DNA of 64,000 bases, from NCBI GenBank assembly GCA_963701855.1, contig CAVPBK010000006.1, positions 672,001 through 736,000 on the forward strand, in the 5' to 3' direction. A program made the position numbers and the translations under genes. How positions within the stretch are numbered: the first letter of the stretch is position 1; each line of letters starts with the position of its first letter. Below the pieces are notes generated by a model that was given only the letters and a program-made list of their open reading frames with translations, had not been told where the DNA came from and did no database searches. Shown here one piece after another: positions 9,370 to 19,415 of the stretch. The DNA is from Nitrospirota bacterium (lineage in GTDB: Bacteria > Nitrospirota > Nitrospiria > Nitrospirales > Nitrospiraceae).

Positions 9370-10473
9370 CTAGGGATTCTTGTCCTGCTTGAAGCAACGA
9401 GTCGGGCAAGTCTGCCGAGGGACTTTCATCTGATAGGTCCCGCGTGGAAGCACATCCTTCTTGAATTCAGGGTTCAGCATCTTGAGTTCCAAGAAGTAGG
9501 TCCCAAATTCTTCGGCAATCGAGGTGAGGGCTCGTTGGGAATCTTTCACGTTGACGGTGACCGTCTCAGTTTCTATCGGCATATACAAATCTTTCTTGCT
9601 CAGACCTAAATACTTCTCCGGCTGCGAGTAGATTTCCTTGGCGGCAATGATTCTCGGGACATAGCGCATCGTTTCCCGTGGCCCATGCATCTTCCAATAG
9701 TCGGTAATATTCTGGTCCTTCAATAACCGGCGAACTCGTTCCTCACCGGCATTGTACGAGGCCATGGCCATGAACCAATCGTTTTCCTTGAAATCTTTCA
9801 GATAACGCAAATACTTGACGGCCGCCTCCGTCGACATTTCTAAATTGCGGCGATCGTCGCGGACCGCGTCGCTCTTGAGACGATAGCGTCGCCCGGTGGA
9901 AGGGATAAACTGCCACGGCCCGGACGCTTTCGCCTTTGAATAGGCGGCGGCCACGCACTTGCTCTCCACCAGCAGCATATACTTGAGGTCGTCCGGCAAT
10001 CCGGAATCGGCCAGCTGTTTTTCGGCAGGAGGGAAACAGCGTCCGGTTCGCTTGGCGAGGATGATACTTTCGCCCTGGTCTTCTAAGAATTGATAGAACT
10101 CATACTCGATACGTTCACGTACCTGCCAATTATCGAGCGGAACCGGTTGGCCTGCAAAGGTCAGTTTGTCGGGCAACTTGAACGAACTGAGGAAGTAGCG
10201 CTCTCCCTCTCGCTTGATTTCCGGAAGAATGACGAGGCGATCTTCCGGCTCGTTGGGATCCTCAAGGGGATCGAGCAAGGTCGAATCTCGCTCTGGTTCT
10301 CCATTGGCTCCAGATCGAGGCGGGCTCTGCTTCGCCTCGGAATGTTCAGGTTGCGGCTGTGCCCCTGCCGCAATGGGAAGCACGACCACCATCCACAACC
10401 CACTGAGCATCAGTGTTCGTCTAACCCATGCCATCATGCCAATCCTGTCTCCTCCATGCGGTGAACGATCCAA
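9370..10473 (-). CDS. Lytic transglycosylase (SLT/MltD-like)
   Basis: Signal peptide; LVES, ASGPWQF, AVKYL, ASYNAGE, ETMRYVPRI. Confidence 0.88.
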   Translation of the reverse strand: MDRSPHGGDRIGMMAWVRRTLMLSGLWMVVVLPIAAGAQPQPEHSEAKQSPPRSGANGEPERDSTLLDPLEDPNEPEDRLVILPEIKREGERYFLSSFKLPDKLTFAGQPVPLDNWQVRERIEYEFYQFLEDQGESIILAKRTGRCFPPAEKQLADSGLPDDLKYMLLVESKCVAAAYSKAKASGPWQFIPSTGRRYRLKSDAVRDDRRNLEMSTEAAVKYLRYLKDFKENDWFMAMASYNAGEERVRRLLKDQNITDYWKMHGPRETMRYVPRIIAAKEIYSQPEKYLGLSKKDLYMPIETETVTVNVKDSQRALTSIAEEFGTYFLELKMLNPEFKKDVLPRGTYQMKVPRQTCPTRCFKQDKNP

Positions 10474-10553
10474 CGTCTGGGACGTATGCTAACAGCCTGA
10501 CGAAGGACCGGCAAGCATGATCGACTTTCAGATTCGTGCTAGACTGCGCGACC

Positions 10554-11262
10554 ATGCGTACGCTGTCTCTCCTCAACGATCGCATCACACACTGCACTGC
10601 CTGTTCACGGCTTGTCACCTATCGGGAATCGATCGCCGCAGAGAAACGAAAGCAGTTTGAAGACTGGACCTATTGGGGACGTCCGGTCCCTGGATTCGGG
10701 GACTCGCATGCGCGCCTCTATGTACTCGGGCTGGCGCCGGCCGCCCACGGCGGCAACCGAACCGGACGGGTATTTACAGGCGATCGTAGCGGAGACTGGC
10801 TGTATGACGCCTTACATCGATTCGGCTTCGCCAACCAACCCAATTCTCATCACCGGGATGACGGGCTGAAACTGTCGGATTGTTACATTGGCGCCACGGT
10901 TCGTTGCGCGCCGCCCGACAACAAACCGGCCCCTGAAGAATTCAAGGCCTGCCGCCCCTATCTGCGTGAAGAAATCCGGTCATTACGAAAAATTCGAGTG
11001 GTGGTGGCGCTGGGTAAGATTGCATTCGATCACTTACTTGAAAGCCTGCCGCGATGAGGAACGGCAACTTCCCTCACCGCTCCCGAAGTTTTCCCATGGA
11101 ATCGTCCAGGTTCTTCCCTGGGGCATTACACTAATCGGCTCATACCATCCAAGCCAACAAAATACATTCACTGGACTATTGACCAGGCCGATGTTTCACC
11201 ACATCTTCGCAACTGCTCGACAGCGACTTGCCGCACCGCCAGGCACAGGAGCCGGCCCATAG
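10554..11262 (+). pseudogene. Uracil-DNA glycosylase family 5 (UdgB-like), one +1 frameshift near 11034
   Basis: CTAC, GLAPAAHGGNRTGRVFTGDRSG, CAPPDNKP in first frame; SYHPSQQNTFTG in second; removing one T in CACTTAC gives AFDHYLKACR. Confidence 0.85.
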
Positions 11263-11265
11263 ACC

Positions 11266-11913
11266 TTACTTCTTGGTCTGAGCCTCCCAATCCGCCAGGA
11301 ACTTCTTGAGCCCACTATCTGTCAGCGGATGTTTCACCATCTGCTGAAAAATCGAAAAGGGCATCGTGCAAATATGCCCACCGGCTAGCGCAGCCTCAAC
11401 GACGTGCTGAGGGTGGCGCACGCTGGCCACCAGCACCTGCGTTTTATAGTCGTAATTACGGTAGATGGTCAGGATTTGGCGAATGAGTTCCATTCCGTTC
11501 GAACTGATGTCGTCAAGCCGGCCGATGAAGGGTGAGACGCACCACGCGCCGGCTTTTGCTGCAAGGAGCGCCTGGGTTGGAGAAAAGCACAATGTCACAT
11601 TCACCCTGATACCGTCGGCAGCCAATCTTTTGGTGGCCTTCAATCCCTCCGCAATCAAAGGCACCTTTACGACAATGTTCTTATGGATCTTCGCAAGTCC
11701 CTTTCCTTCCTTCACCATGGCATCGGCTTCGAGGCTGACGACTTCTGCGCTGATCGGCCCATCCACGATGTTGCAAATTTCAACGAGCACTTCCTTAAAA
11801 CTGCGCCCTTCTTTGGCGACAAGCGACGGATTTGTGGTCACTCCGTCAAGAAGTCCGAGGCTGGCCGCCTCCTGGATTTCCTTGACGTTGGCGGTATCAA
11901 GAAAGAATTTCAT
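11266..11913 (-). CDS. tal: Transaldolase (short FSA/Tal type)
   Basis: [36 protein letters not shown]. Confidence 0.92.
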   Translation of the reverse strand: MKFFLDTANVKEIQEAASLGLLDGVTTNPSLVAKEGRSFKEVLVEICNIVDGPISAEVVSLEADAMVKEGKGLAKIHKNIVVKVPLIAEGLKATKRLAADGIRVNVTLCFSPTQALLAAKAGAWCVSPFIGRLDDISSNGMELIRQILTIYRNYDYKTQVLVASVRHPQHVVEAALAGGHICTMPFSIFQQMVKHPLTDSGLKKFLADWEAQTKK

Positions 11914-12075
11914 GGCCTTGTCCTTTCATGTCGAGATGAGAAACCCTTGTGATCAGTTCACGATCGGTTATTTTATGAAGAAATCAATCTGACTGCAATC
12001 ATCTGCCGACATGCGCCAGTTTGACAGGCCTCAGGCTGCCGGTTAGAATTCGAGTATTGTGACTGAGGAGAGTGC

Positions 12076-12390
12076 ATGATGCAACGATCGGCTTGGGTGC
12101 TCCTATTCAGTCTGGCACTGACCGGCTGCGGCGGTAGTAATCCCTATCTTGAACAGTCGCTCAAACCGGCTGAGCTTCAAGGCAAGGACAAGGCCTGGTT
12201 TGAAAAGAACTGGGGAGCACCGAGCGCCAAATCCACGAGGTTTTTTGGCGGAGAAAACTGGACTTACTATCGCATCGCCGGCGGCAAATCAGGCCTGCCC
12301 CTCTTTAACTTCTCCCCTAATCAGTGCCAGATCACGCTCAAGTTCGATAAAGAAGAAAAGCTTTCCGACTCCAGCTACTCGGGTTGTTAG
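12076..12390 (+). CDS. Small lipoprotein
   Basis: GAGGAG RBS, lipobox LTGC. Confidence 0.75.
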   Translation: MMQRSAWVLLFSLALTGCGGSNPYLEQSLKPAELQGKDKAWFEKNWGAPSAKSTRFFGGENWTYYRIAGGKSGLPLFNFSPNQCQITLKFDKEEKLSDSSYSGC

Positions 12391-12638
12391 CCCGCGAGTT
12401 TTTCTTGAAACTTGTGCGCGCAAGATCGGCTGCAGAAGTAATAGGTCTGCCCCCCAATATCTTCCGTCACCGCTACTCCCCTTGGAACAAACACCAGGCA
12501 GACAGGATCCTGGACCATCTGATCATTTCCAGGAGCAAGACGCTCTGGCTGCCCCTGGCTTTTGAACCCCCGAAGAGCCTTCCGAAGTAGGAAGTACAGC
12601 ACTACAAGTAGCCCAAGAATGAGGATAACTCTATACAT
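12387..12638 (-). CDS. YHS/TRASH-domain membrane-anchored protein
   Basis: N-terminal TM; DPVC...YYFCS..C. Confidence 0.8.
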   Translation of the reverse strand: MYRVILILGLLVVLYFLLRKALRGFKSQGQPERLAPGNDQMVQDPVCLVFVPRGVAVTEDIGGQTYYFCSRSCAHKFQEKLAG

Positions 12639-12849
12639 AGTGGGTGCTCTTCCTTATGCCACAATCCTATGGGACAGGATCACCGCTGTCAAGAACTCCA
12701 GCCTTTGTTCTTACCAGTAAGTTGCCGAATTCTCATTCGTACCCTCAACTCAAATGGCCTAGTTGTATGTGAACGGAAGACCCATTTTCATACAGCACCC
12801 AGTACTTCAGATGGATATGCTTCTATATTCCAGCATGGTAAAGTGCACC

Positions 12850-13002
12850 ATGACAATTTGCGATAAATGCCGTGGGGCAATGTTACCGGAACGGGCAGTG
12901 GATCTGAACGCAGGGCTTGCGATCACAGTATTTGCGTGCTTGAACTGTGGACGCCGGAAATCAGCGGACCAAGAACCTCGGCCTATTACCGCGAGACATT
13001 AA
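12850..13002 (+). CDS. Small Zn-ribbon protein
   Basis: CDKCRGAM...CLNCG; start uncertain. Confidence 0.55.
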   Translation: MTICDKCRGAMLPERAVDLNAGLAITVFACLNCGRRKSADQEPRPITARH

Positions 13003-13425
13003 CCCGCGTAATGACAGAGCCGAAGCCGCTTTCCGTGGGTATCCGCCCAATACTGATTGGACGAACTCCGCCAGGAGCTGTACGCTCGTCTATCTGTAGC
13101 GATCTCCAAACAAAGAACCACTGCTCTCGATCCCACTAGCAAGCGGGATTGAAGAGGTCAATCGGTAACTGGTGGTGTAATCCTCCCCCGCCTGCACTAG
13201 TCCCAGAGATCGTCCTGTTCGGCTCTTCATTCAAGCCCGCATCTCTGCACTGCTTGATTGTTGTGGACCGGAAGGACCCTTCGGTTGAAACTCCCTTGCG
13301 GTAGCAGATTGATGCTGGTCAGGCTCACGATATGGGATCTGGAACAGGAATGAGGACCTATCGGAGACTCAGGACATCCATCATGTCATGGTGATGTGAA
13401 CATTAGGAAATAAGTCCGCTATCAG

Positions 13426-14126
13426 TTAGAAGTGGTAGCCGACGCCAGCGGCAAAGATGTTCACATTATAATTATACGACAGGTCAAACCCATTAACCCC
13501 CAGGAAATTATTGTGGTCGATATTCGCGTAATTGTATTTCCACTCTCCGAACAGTGAGAGATTCGGATTGACACGATACCTCAGCCCAAGTTGCGTGTTC
13601 AGTCCCACATCCGTACTTGAACTGGAATCAGTACCATCCGAAATACGGGAAAAGAACACCCCGAGCCCCACTCCAGCGTAGGGCTCGAACGCCCCTGCTT
13701 GATACCTGACTAATACGACCAATGGAGTCCAGGTCAAAACCCGATTAGTCAACCCTTGTAGCGTCCCTGTTGTGCCTACTGTATTAGCAATAAGGGCGGG
13801 GGAACGAGGATCTAGCGTAACCTCTTGCTGCTTAATATGAGGCGTTGAATTGAATACTTCGGTTTCGACGCCTAGATTGAAGTTCTGCCATTTCAGCGAA
13901 TCAAAATAGTATCCTGCCTTGGCTCCATACATCAGGGAGTTCTGTAACACGAGGTCACTCAATCCTAAGGTCCCTCTCCCTGCACTTAATTCCAGGTTGC
14001 TAGCGTCTTGGGGAATGTTCGCACCCACTTGACCCGCGACATACATCTCCGCCTGTAGGGGGAGTCCAGACAGAACATACCCATAGCAACAGAACACACT
14101 CCGAGCGTATAGCGTAAGTGTCTCAT
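13426..14126 (-). CDS. Outer-membrane beta-barrel protein; apparent 1-base frameshift in signal peptide
   Basis: YGAKAGYYF, EPYAGVGLG, FGEWKYN, C-terminal GVGYHF; AGGAGG RBS and ATG at 14126 join the barrel frame only with one extra C in the tract at 14058-14062. Confidence 0.8.
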
Positions 14127-14386
14127 CTCTCTCCTCCTAATGATCTCTCTCGAAAGAAAGCTGAAGCATCTTAAGAGAGAGAGTTAAGCAATTTATGTGC
14201 GTGGTTGGAACCAAGGCAGTTTCATTGAGAATGTCAATGGTGCGGCGTACCGATCGATGAAACAAACGAGAAGAATATGGTTCAGTGGAATCTAAAAGGG
14301 TACGTAGCAGGATCTATACTGATACAGACTGACCGTGGGGAAGGCTGTCAGATTGCGATGAAGAAAAATTGTGTTTGGGCGAGAGT

Positions 14387-14529
14387 TCAAATGATACTTG
14401 GAGCTGCTTCTCGGCACTTTGTGGGGGTCATGAGCTGGTCACTGCGGGCTATTGCGCGAAGTGTTGGAGGTGTCTACTGCGAGTGTGGCGCGGGGGTTAC
14501 GGTGAAGGTGGGACTTCGGCGGACTCGAC
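14387..14529 (-). repeat. Sel1-array 3' intergenic element R, copy 1
   Basis: Aligns by eye with 18056-18199, 17396-17499 and 19311-19415. Confidence 0.8.
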
Positions 14530-16305
14530 TCAGCAGCCTTTGAACTGCTGTGCCTGACACTGTTGCGCGAGTCGTTGGGCTTTTGCAACCTGTGCGGGAG
14601 TTAGTTGCTGGACGATAGCATCCCGACGTTGTGCGTACGTTATGTTCTTCCTGCCCTGTCTTAGAGATTGCTCAACCGCGAGGTTGTACCACATGTAAGC
14701 ACGCACCTTGTCCTGCTGCACACCGCGTCCATCGCGATACATATCGCCGAGTGAATCTTGCCCTCCCGCGTCTCCCTGCTCGGCAGATTTTCGTATCCAT
14801 TCCATCCCTTTTTTTTCGTCCTTCTGAACGCCCTTCCCATCAACGTAAAGATAGCCGAGGTTGTTCTGCGCATCCGAGGAGTTCTGGGCTGCGGCTTTTT
14901 CGTACCACTGCCGCGCCATCGCGTAATCCTGAGGCACGCCTTCTCCATTGTCATACAATACGCCGAGGTTGTACTGAGCGGCAGCATCCCCATGAACAGC
15001 GGCTTTCTCATACTTCTGCCATGCTATTGCGTAGTCCTGCGGCACGCCCTCTCCCAAGGCATACATCGTCCATAGAAGGACCTTCGCCTTCATGACCCCC
15101 TGGGCGGCGGCTTTCTCATACCATTGCCGTGCCATCGCGTAATCCTGCGGTACGCCCTGTCCCTTGACATACAGCGATCCGAGAAGGACCTGCGCGGTTG
15201 CATGTCCCTGGCTAGCGGCATCCTCCCACCACTGCCCTGCTGTCACGTAGTCCTGAGGAACACCTTGTCCCTTGCTATACAGCACCCCAAGGTTGAACTG
15301 CGCCTCCGCATAGCCTTGGGCTGCCGCTTGCTTGTACCATTGCCTGGCTATCATGTAGTCCTGTGGTACGCCCTTCCCGGAATAATACATCGTCCCCAGA
15401 TCGTACTGCGCCTTCGAGATGCCCTGGGCTGCCGCTTTCTCCCACCACTGTCGCGCCGTCTCGTAATCCTGCGGGACACCTTTCCCAAGGGCATAGAGCG
15501 ACCCAAGGTTGTACTGCGCCATTGCATCCTCCTGGGCTGCCGCTTTCTCAAACCATCCTCGCGCTTTCGCATAGTCTTGCGTGACACCCTGTCCAAAGGC
15601 ATACAGGGTCCCGAGGTGGTCCTGTGCCTCCGCGTCTCCCAGGGCTGCTCCCTTCTCCAACCATTGTCGCGCCGTCGGATAGTCTTGTTTGACACCCAAT
15701 CCGAAGTAATACAACCCCCCGAGGCGGAACAGTGCGCCCTCGTCCCCCTGGGCAGCAGCTTTTTCAAACCACTGCCGCGCTGTCGTATAGTCTTGTGGCA
15801 CACCCTGTCCGTCGCGATACAGCACCCCGAGATTGGACTGTGCCAACGCATTCCCCTGGGCTGCCGCTTTCTGGATCCACTTCGCCGCTTGGGCATAGTC
15901 CTGCGGCACACCCTTCCCCTTGGCATACAAAAACCCAAGGTGGTCCTGCGCCTCTGCATCCTCCTGGGCTGCCGCTTTTTCCCACCACTGCCGCGCTTTG
16001 ACATAGTCCTGCGGCACACCCTCTCCTTCGGCGAACAACAACCCAAGGGTAAACTGCGCCTTCGCGTAGCCCTGGGTTGCAGTTTTTTCAAACCATCCTC
16101 GCGCTTTCGCATAGTCTTGCGGCACACCCCGTCCAAGGTAATACAGTGCCCCGAGGGCGTGCTGCGCCAGCGCGTAGCCCTGGGCTGCCTGTGTTTTCAT
16201 CCTTTGAAGGTCTTCTGGTGAAACGTCGCTCGGTGGGGAACCTGACGCATGCCCAGAGGGGAGAACGAGTGCACTGAGAAGGACTATGACGAATAGGGCG
16301 CACAT
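14530..16305 (-). CDS. Exported Sel1-like repeat protein A (~14 repeats)
   Basis: Signal peptide; repeated AQxxLGxxYxxGxGVPQDYxxARxWxEKAAAQG; C-terminal QQCQAQQFKGC. Confidence 0.93.
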   Translation of the reverse strand: MCALFVIVLLSALVLPSGHASGSPPSDVSPEDLQRMKTQAAQGYALAQHALGALYYLGRGVPQDYAKARGWFEKTATQGYAKAQFTLGLLFAEGEGVPQDYVKARQWWEKAAAQEDAEAQDHLGFLYAKGKGVPQDYAQAAKWIQKAAAQGNALAQSNLGVLYRDGQGVPQDYTTARQWFEKAAAQGDEGALFRLGGLYYFGLGVKQDYPTARQWLEKGAALGDAEAQDHLGTLYAFGQGVTQDYAKARGWFEKAAAQEDAMAQYNLGSLYALGKGVPQDYETARQWWEKAAAQGISKAQYDLGTMYYSGKGVPQDYMIARQWYKQAAAQGYAEAQFNLGVLYSKGQGVPQDYVTAGQWWEDAASQGHATAQVLLGSLYVKGQGVPQDYAMARQWYEKAAAQGVMKAKVLLWTMYALGEGVPQDYAIAWQKYEKAAVHGDAAAQYNLGVLYDNGEGVPQDYAMARQWYEKAAAQNSSDAQNNLGYLYVDGKGVQKDEKKGMEWIRKSAEQGDAGGQDSLGDMYRDGRGVQQDKVRAYMWYNLAVEQSLRQGRKNITYAQRRDAIVQQLTPAQVAKAQRLAQQCQAQQFKGC

Positions 16306-16372
16306 AAAACACTATCGCCCTAGTATCTTAGACCGTCAAGGATTAGCGGATTGTTCGCTTTGCTGAATAGAT
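16306..16372 (-). promoter_or_regulatory. Upstream module U1 with leaderless-type sigma70 promoter
   Basis: TTGACG-17-GATAGT-5-ATG; close copy at 20433-20499. Confidence 0.6.
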
Positions 16373-16441
16373 CATCAACAAGGAGGCTTGTGAGGTGTGG
16401 CTGCAACGGAGGAAGAGCGAAAGCAGCAGCATTAAAGTACC

Positions 16442-17347
16442 TCAGCAGCCCTTGAACTGCCTTGCTTGACACTGTTGCGAGAGTCGCTGGGCTTCTGCAA
16501 TCTGTGCGGGTGTCATGCGGCGTGCGACCACGTCTCGATTGTTTGGTGCAGGATTCTGCTCATCGTCCATCGAGTGTGCAGCTGCGAGGTTGTACCACAT
16601 GTATGCACGCACATAGTCCTGCGGCACGCCATGTCCGTTGTCATACATCCACCCGAGGTTGTTTTGCGCTTTCACGTAGCCCTGCGCGGCGGCTTTCTCC
16701 CACCACTGCCGCGCTGTCGCGTAATCCTGTGGCACACCCTGCCCGAAGTTATACAGCACCCCGAGGCTGTTCTGCGCCCTCGTGTGCCCCTGTGCAGCGG
16801 CTTTCTCGAACCACTGCCGCGCTGCCGCGTAGTCTTGCGACGTGCCCCGCCCGAAGTCATACAGCACCCCGAGACCGAATTGCGCATCTGCGTCCCCCTG
16901 GGCAGCCGCTTTTTCATACCATTCATGCGCTTTCGCATAGTCCTGTGGCACGCCTCGCCCCCTGTCATACTGCACTCCGAGTGAGACCTGCGCCGTCGCA
17001 TACCCCTGAGCAGCCGCTTTCTCGTACCACTGCCGTGCCGTCGTGTAATCTTTCGGCACGCCTTGTCCCTTGGCATAAAGCACACCAAGATTATTCTGTG
17101 CTTCCGCGTAACCTTGTACTGCGGCTTTCTCCCACCACTGCCGTGCTGCCGCATAGTCCTGTGGCACACCCTGTCCATTGTAATACAGCAACCCGAGGGT
17201 GGTCTGCGCTTCCGCGACACCCTGGACTGCCTGTGTTTGCAGCGTTTGTATGTCTTCTAATGAAGTGTCGATCGGTGGGGAAACAGTTGCACATCCAGAG
17301 GAGAGAATGAGTGCGATGAGGAGAATTATGACGGAAAGAGAACGCAT
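16442..17347 (-). CDS. Sel1-like repeat lipoprotein B (6 repeats)
   Basis: Start MRSLSV; lipobox SSGC; Sel1 repeats; QQCQARQFKGC. Confidence 0.92.
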   Translation of the reverse strand: MRSLSVIILLIALILSSGCATVSPPIDTSLEDIQTLQTQAVQGVAEAQTTLGLLYYNGQGVPQDYAAARQWWEKAAVQGYAEAQNNLGVLYAKGQGVPKDYTTARQWYEKAAAQGYATAQVSLGVQYDRGRGVPQDYAKAHEWYEKAAAQGDADAQFGLGVLYDFGRGTSQDYAAARQWFEKAAAQGHTRAQNSLGVLYNFGQGVPQDYATARQWWEKAAAQGYVKAQNNLGWMYDNGHGVPQDYVRAYMWYNLAAAHSMDDEQNPAPNNRDVVARRMTPAQIAEAQRLSQQCQARQFKGC

Positions 17348-17499
17348 GGGAGCGCAGTATGGGCGCGGACCTCTGAGAGCGTCAATGGACACAATGGGGG
17401 GCATGGTCTGGTCGCTATGGATGATTGCTAAGAGTGTCGGCGTGTCTACTGCGAGTGTGGCGCAGGGGTTGCGGTAAAGAGAGAGCGGTAACCCCCAAC
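17348..17499 (-). repeat. Element R copy 2 plus promoter module U2
   Basis: Colinear with 19262-19415; TTGACG-18-CATACT-8-ATG. Confidence 0.8.
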
Positions 17500-17994
17500 T
17501 CAGCAGCCCTTGAACTTCCTTGACCGACACTGTTGTGCAAGTTGATTGGCTTCTGCAATCTGCGAGGGAGTCATGCGGCGTGCGACATCATCTCGATTTT
17601 CTACCGCTTGCTTCTGCTCGTCACCCGTCATGTCTGCGGCTGCAAGGTTCACCCACATATACGCCCGCACATCGTCCTGTGGTACGCCCAGTCCCGCGTA
17701 ATACATTTCCGCGAGGTTGTTCTGCGCGAGCGCGTGACCCTGAGCAGCGGCTTTCTCGTACCACTGACGCGCTTGCGAATAATCCTGCGGCACGCCTTGT
17801 CCATTGGCATACAGCATCCCGAGGTTGGTCTGCGCCTCCGCATTCCCTTGGGCTGCAAGCGATTGAAATGTTTTCAACGCAGTCGCGTAGTCACCGCGTT
17901 TATTTGCAGCCGTAGCATCTTCCAGTGGACCTGCCCACACCGTACCAGCAGTCAGCAAGAGTGCAGTACCTATAGAAGGTAAGAGTCGTGTCAT
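17500..17994 (-). CDS. Exported Sel1-like repeat protein C (2 repeats plus N-cap)
   Basis: Signal peptide, GPLEDA...GDYATAL cap, two repeats, QQCRSRKFKGC. Confidence 0.9.
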   Translation of the reverse strand: MTRLLPSIGTALLLTAGTVWAGPLEDATAANKRGDYATALKTFQSLAAQGNAEAQTNLGMLYANGQGVPQDYSQARQWYEKAAAQGHALAQNNLAEMYYAGLGVPQDDVRAYMWVNLAAADMTGDEQKQAVENRDDVARRMTPSQIAEANQLAQQCRSRKFKGC

Positions 17995-18055
17995 TGTAAT
18001 GCCTTTGTAAGAGATCGTAGGAACTGAGGCAGTGTGCTCCGTTTGAAGGGGGCGG

Positions 18056-18199
18056 TCAAATGAAACTTGGAGCGGCTTCGCGGCACTTTGTGGAGGGGCA
18101 AGAGTTGGTCGCTACGGATGATTGCAAAGAGTGTTGGCGTGTTTATTGCGCGGGGTGGTGCGGGTACTGGGGTAAAGATGAGGCTTCGATGGAGCCTAC
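18056..18199 (-). repeat. Element R copy 3
   Basis: Shares extension TCAAATGA.ACTTGGAGC.GCTTC.CGGCACTTTGTGG with copy 1. Confidence 0.8.
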
Positions 18200-19261
18200 T
18201 CAGCATCCCGTGAGCCCCTGCGCCTGGCACTGTTGCGCGAGTCGCTGGGCTTCTGCAATCTGTGCGGGTGTCATGCGGCGTGTGAGTGCCCCATCTCGAT
18301 TGGTTGCTATGGACTTCTGCTTGTTACCCGTCGAGTGGGCGACTGCAAGTGTGTACCATATATATGCCCTCACATCGTCCTTCGGCACGCCGTCTCCAGT
18401 GGCATACATGAGCCCGAGGCTGAACTGTGCATCCGCGTCCCGCTTCGCTGCCGCTTTCTCGTACCACTTCGTCGCTTCCTCATAGTTCTGTGGCACGCCG
18501 AGCGCAAAGTGATACAGCTGCCCGAGCTTGAACTGCGCCCCAGCATAGCCCTGGGCTGCGGCTTTCTCGTACCACTGTCGCGCCTTCGCATAGTCCTGCG
18601 GCACGCTATATCCCTGGGCATATCGCAATGCGAGGCTGAACTGCGCATCCGCGTTCCCCTGAGCTGCCGCTTTCTCGTACCACTTCGTCGCTTCCGTGTA
18701 ATTCCGTGGGACGCCGTCTCCCTTTTCATACAGCGAACCGAGGTAGAACTGCGCATTCGTGTTCCCTTGCGCCGCCGCTTTCTCGTACCATCCCCGCGCA
18801 TCCGCGCTGCCCTGGGCTGCCGCTTTCTCATACCACTGTCGCGCCTTCGGGAAATCTTGCGGGACGCCCTGTCCATGGGCATACATTTCACCAAGGATGT
18901 ACGACGCATTCGCTCTTCCCTGCGCGGCGGCTTTTTCGTACCACTCTCGTGCCATTATGTAATCCTGAGGCACCCCATGTCCATTGGCATAGAGCAGACC
19001 GAGGTTAAACTGTGCTGCCGCGTGATTCTGTGCGGCGGCTTGTTCGTACCACTGCCGCGCGACCACATAATCCTGGGGCACCCCATCCCCGAGGTCATAC
19101 AGTAGCCCGAGGTTGTTCTGCGCCAATGCGTTGCCTTGGGCTGCCCGTGTGCGCAGCATTTGCAGTTCATCTGCTGAAATGTTGATCGGTGGGGAAGCTG
19201 ACGCATATCCAGAGGAGAAAAGAAATGCAGCCAAAATCGTTATGGCGGAGAGGACGCGCAT
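18200..19261 (-). CDS. Exported Sel1-like repeat protein D (7 repeats plus a half repeat)
   Basis: Start MRVLSA; Sel1 repeats; QQCQAQGLTGC. Confidence 0.92.
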   Translation of the reverse strand: MRVLSAITILAAFLFSSGYASASPPINISADELQMLRTRAAQGNALAQNNLGLLYDLGDGVPQDYVVARQWYEQAAAQNHAAAQFNLGLLYANGHGVPQDYIMAREWYEKAAAQGRANASYILGEMYAHGQGVPQDFPKARQWYEKAAAQGSADARGWYEKAAAQGNTNAQFYLGSLYEKGDGVPRNYTEATKWYEKAAAQGNADAQFSLALRYAQGYSVPQDYAKARQWYEKAAAQGYAGAQFKLGQLYHFALGVPQNYEEATKWYEKAAAKRDADAQFSLGLMYATGDGVPKDDVRAYIWYTLAVAHSTGNKQKSIATNRDGALTRRMTPAQIAEAQRLAQQCQAQGLTGC

Positions 19262-19415
19262 GGGAACGCAGTATGGGGGCGGAACCCAGAGACCGTCAAT
19301 GACACAATCAGGGGGCATGGGATGGTCGTTATGGGCGCTTGCGAAGAGTGTCGGCGTGTCTACTGGGAGTGCGGCGCAGGCGGTGCGGTAAAAATGAGAT
19401 TTCGGCGGACCTTTC
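19262..19415 (-). repeat. Element R copy 4 plus promoter module U2
   Basis: Colinear with 17348-17499; TTGACG-18-CATACT-8-ATG. Confidence 0.8.

Noticed and set aside
11025..11045. Programmed frameshift in udg
   Set aside because: No slippery heptamer or stimulatory structure; a single extra T explains it
13003..13425. Hidden gene or ncRNA between the Zn-ribbon ORF and the OMP
   Set aside because: No recognisable motif, RBS or convincing structure by eye
14387..19415. Element R as a CRISPR array or integron attC sites
   Set aside because: Copies are over 100 bp, diverged and separated by whole genes; no attC core or palindrome, and no cas or intI gene in the window
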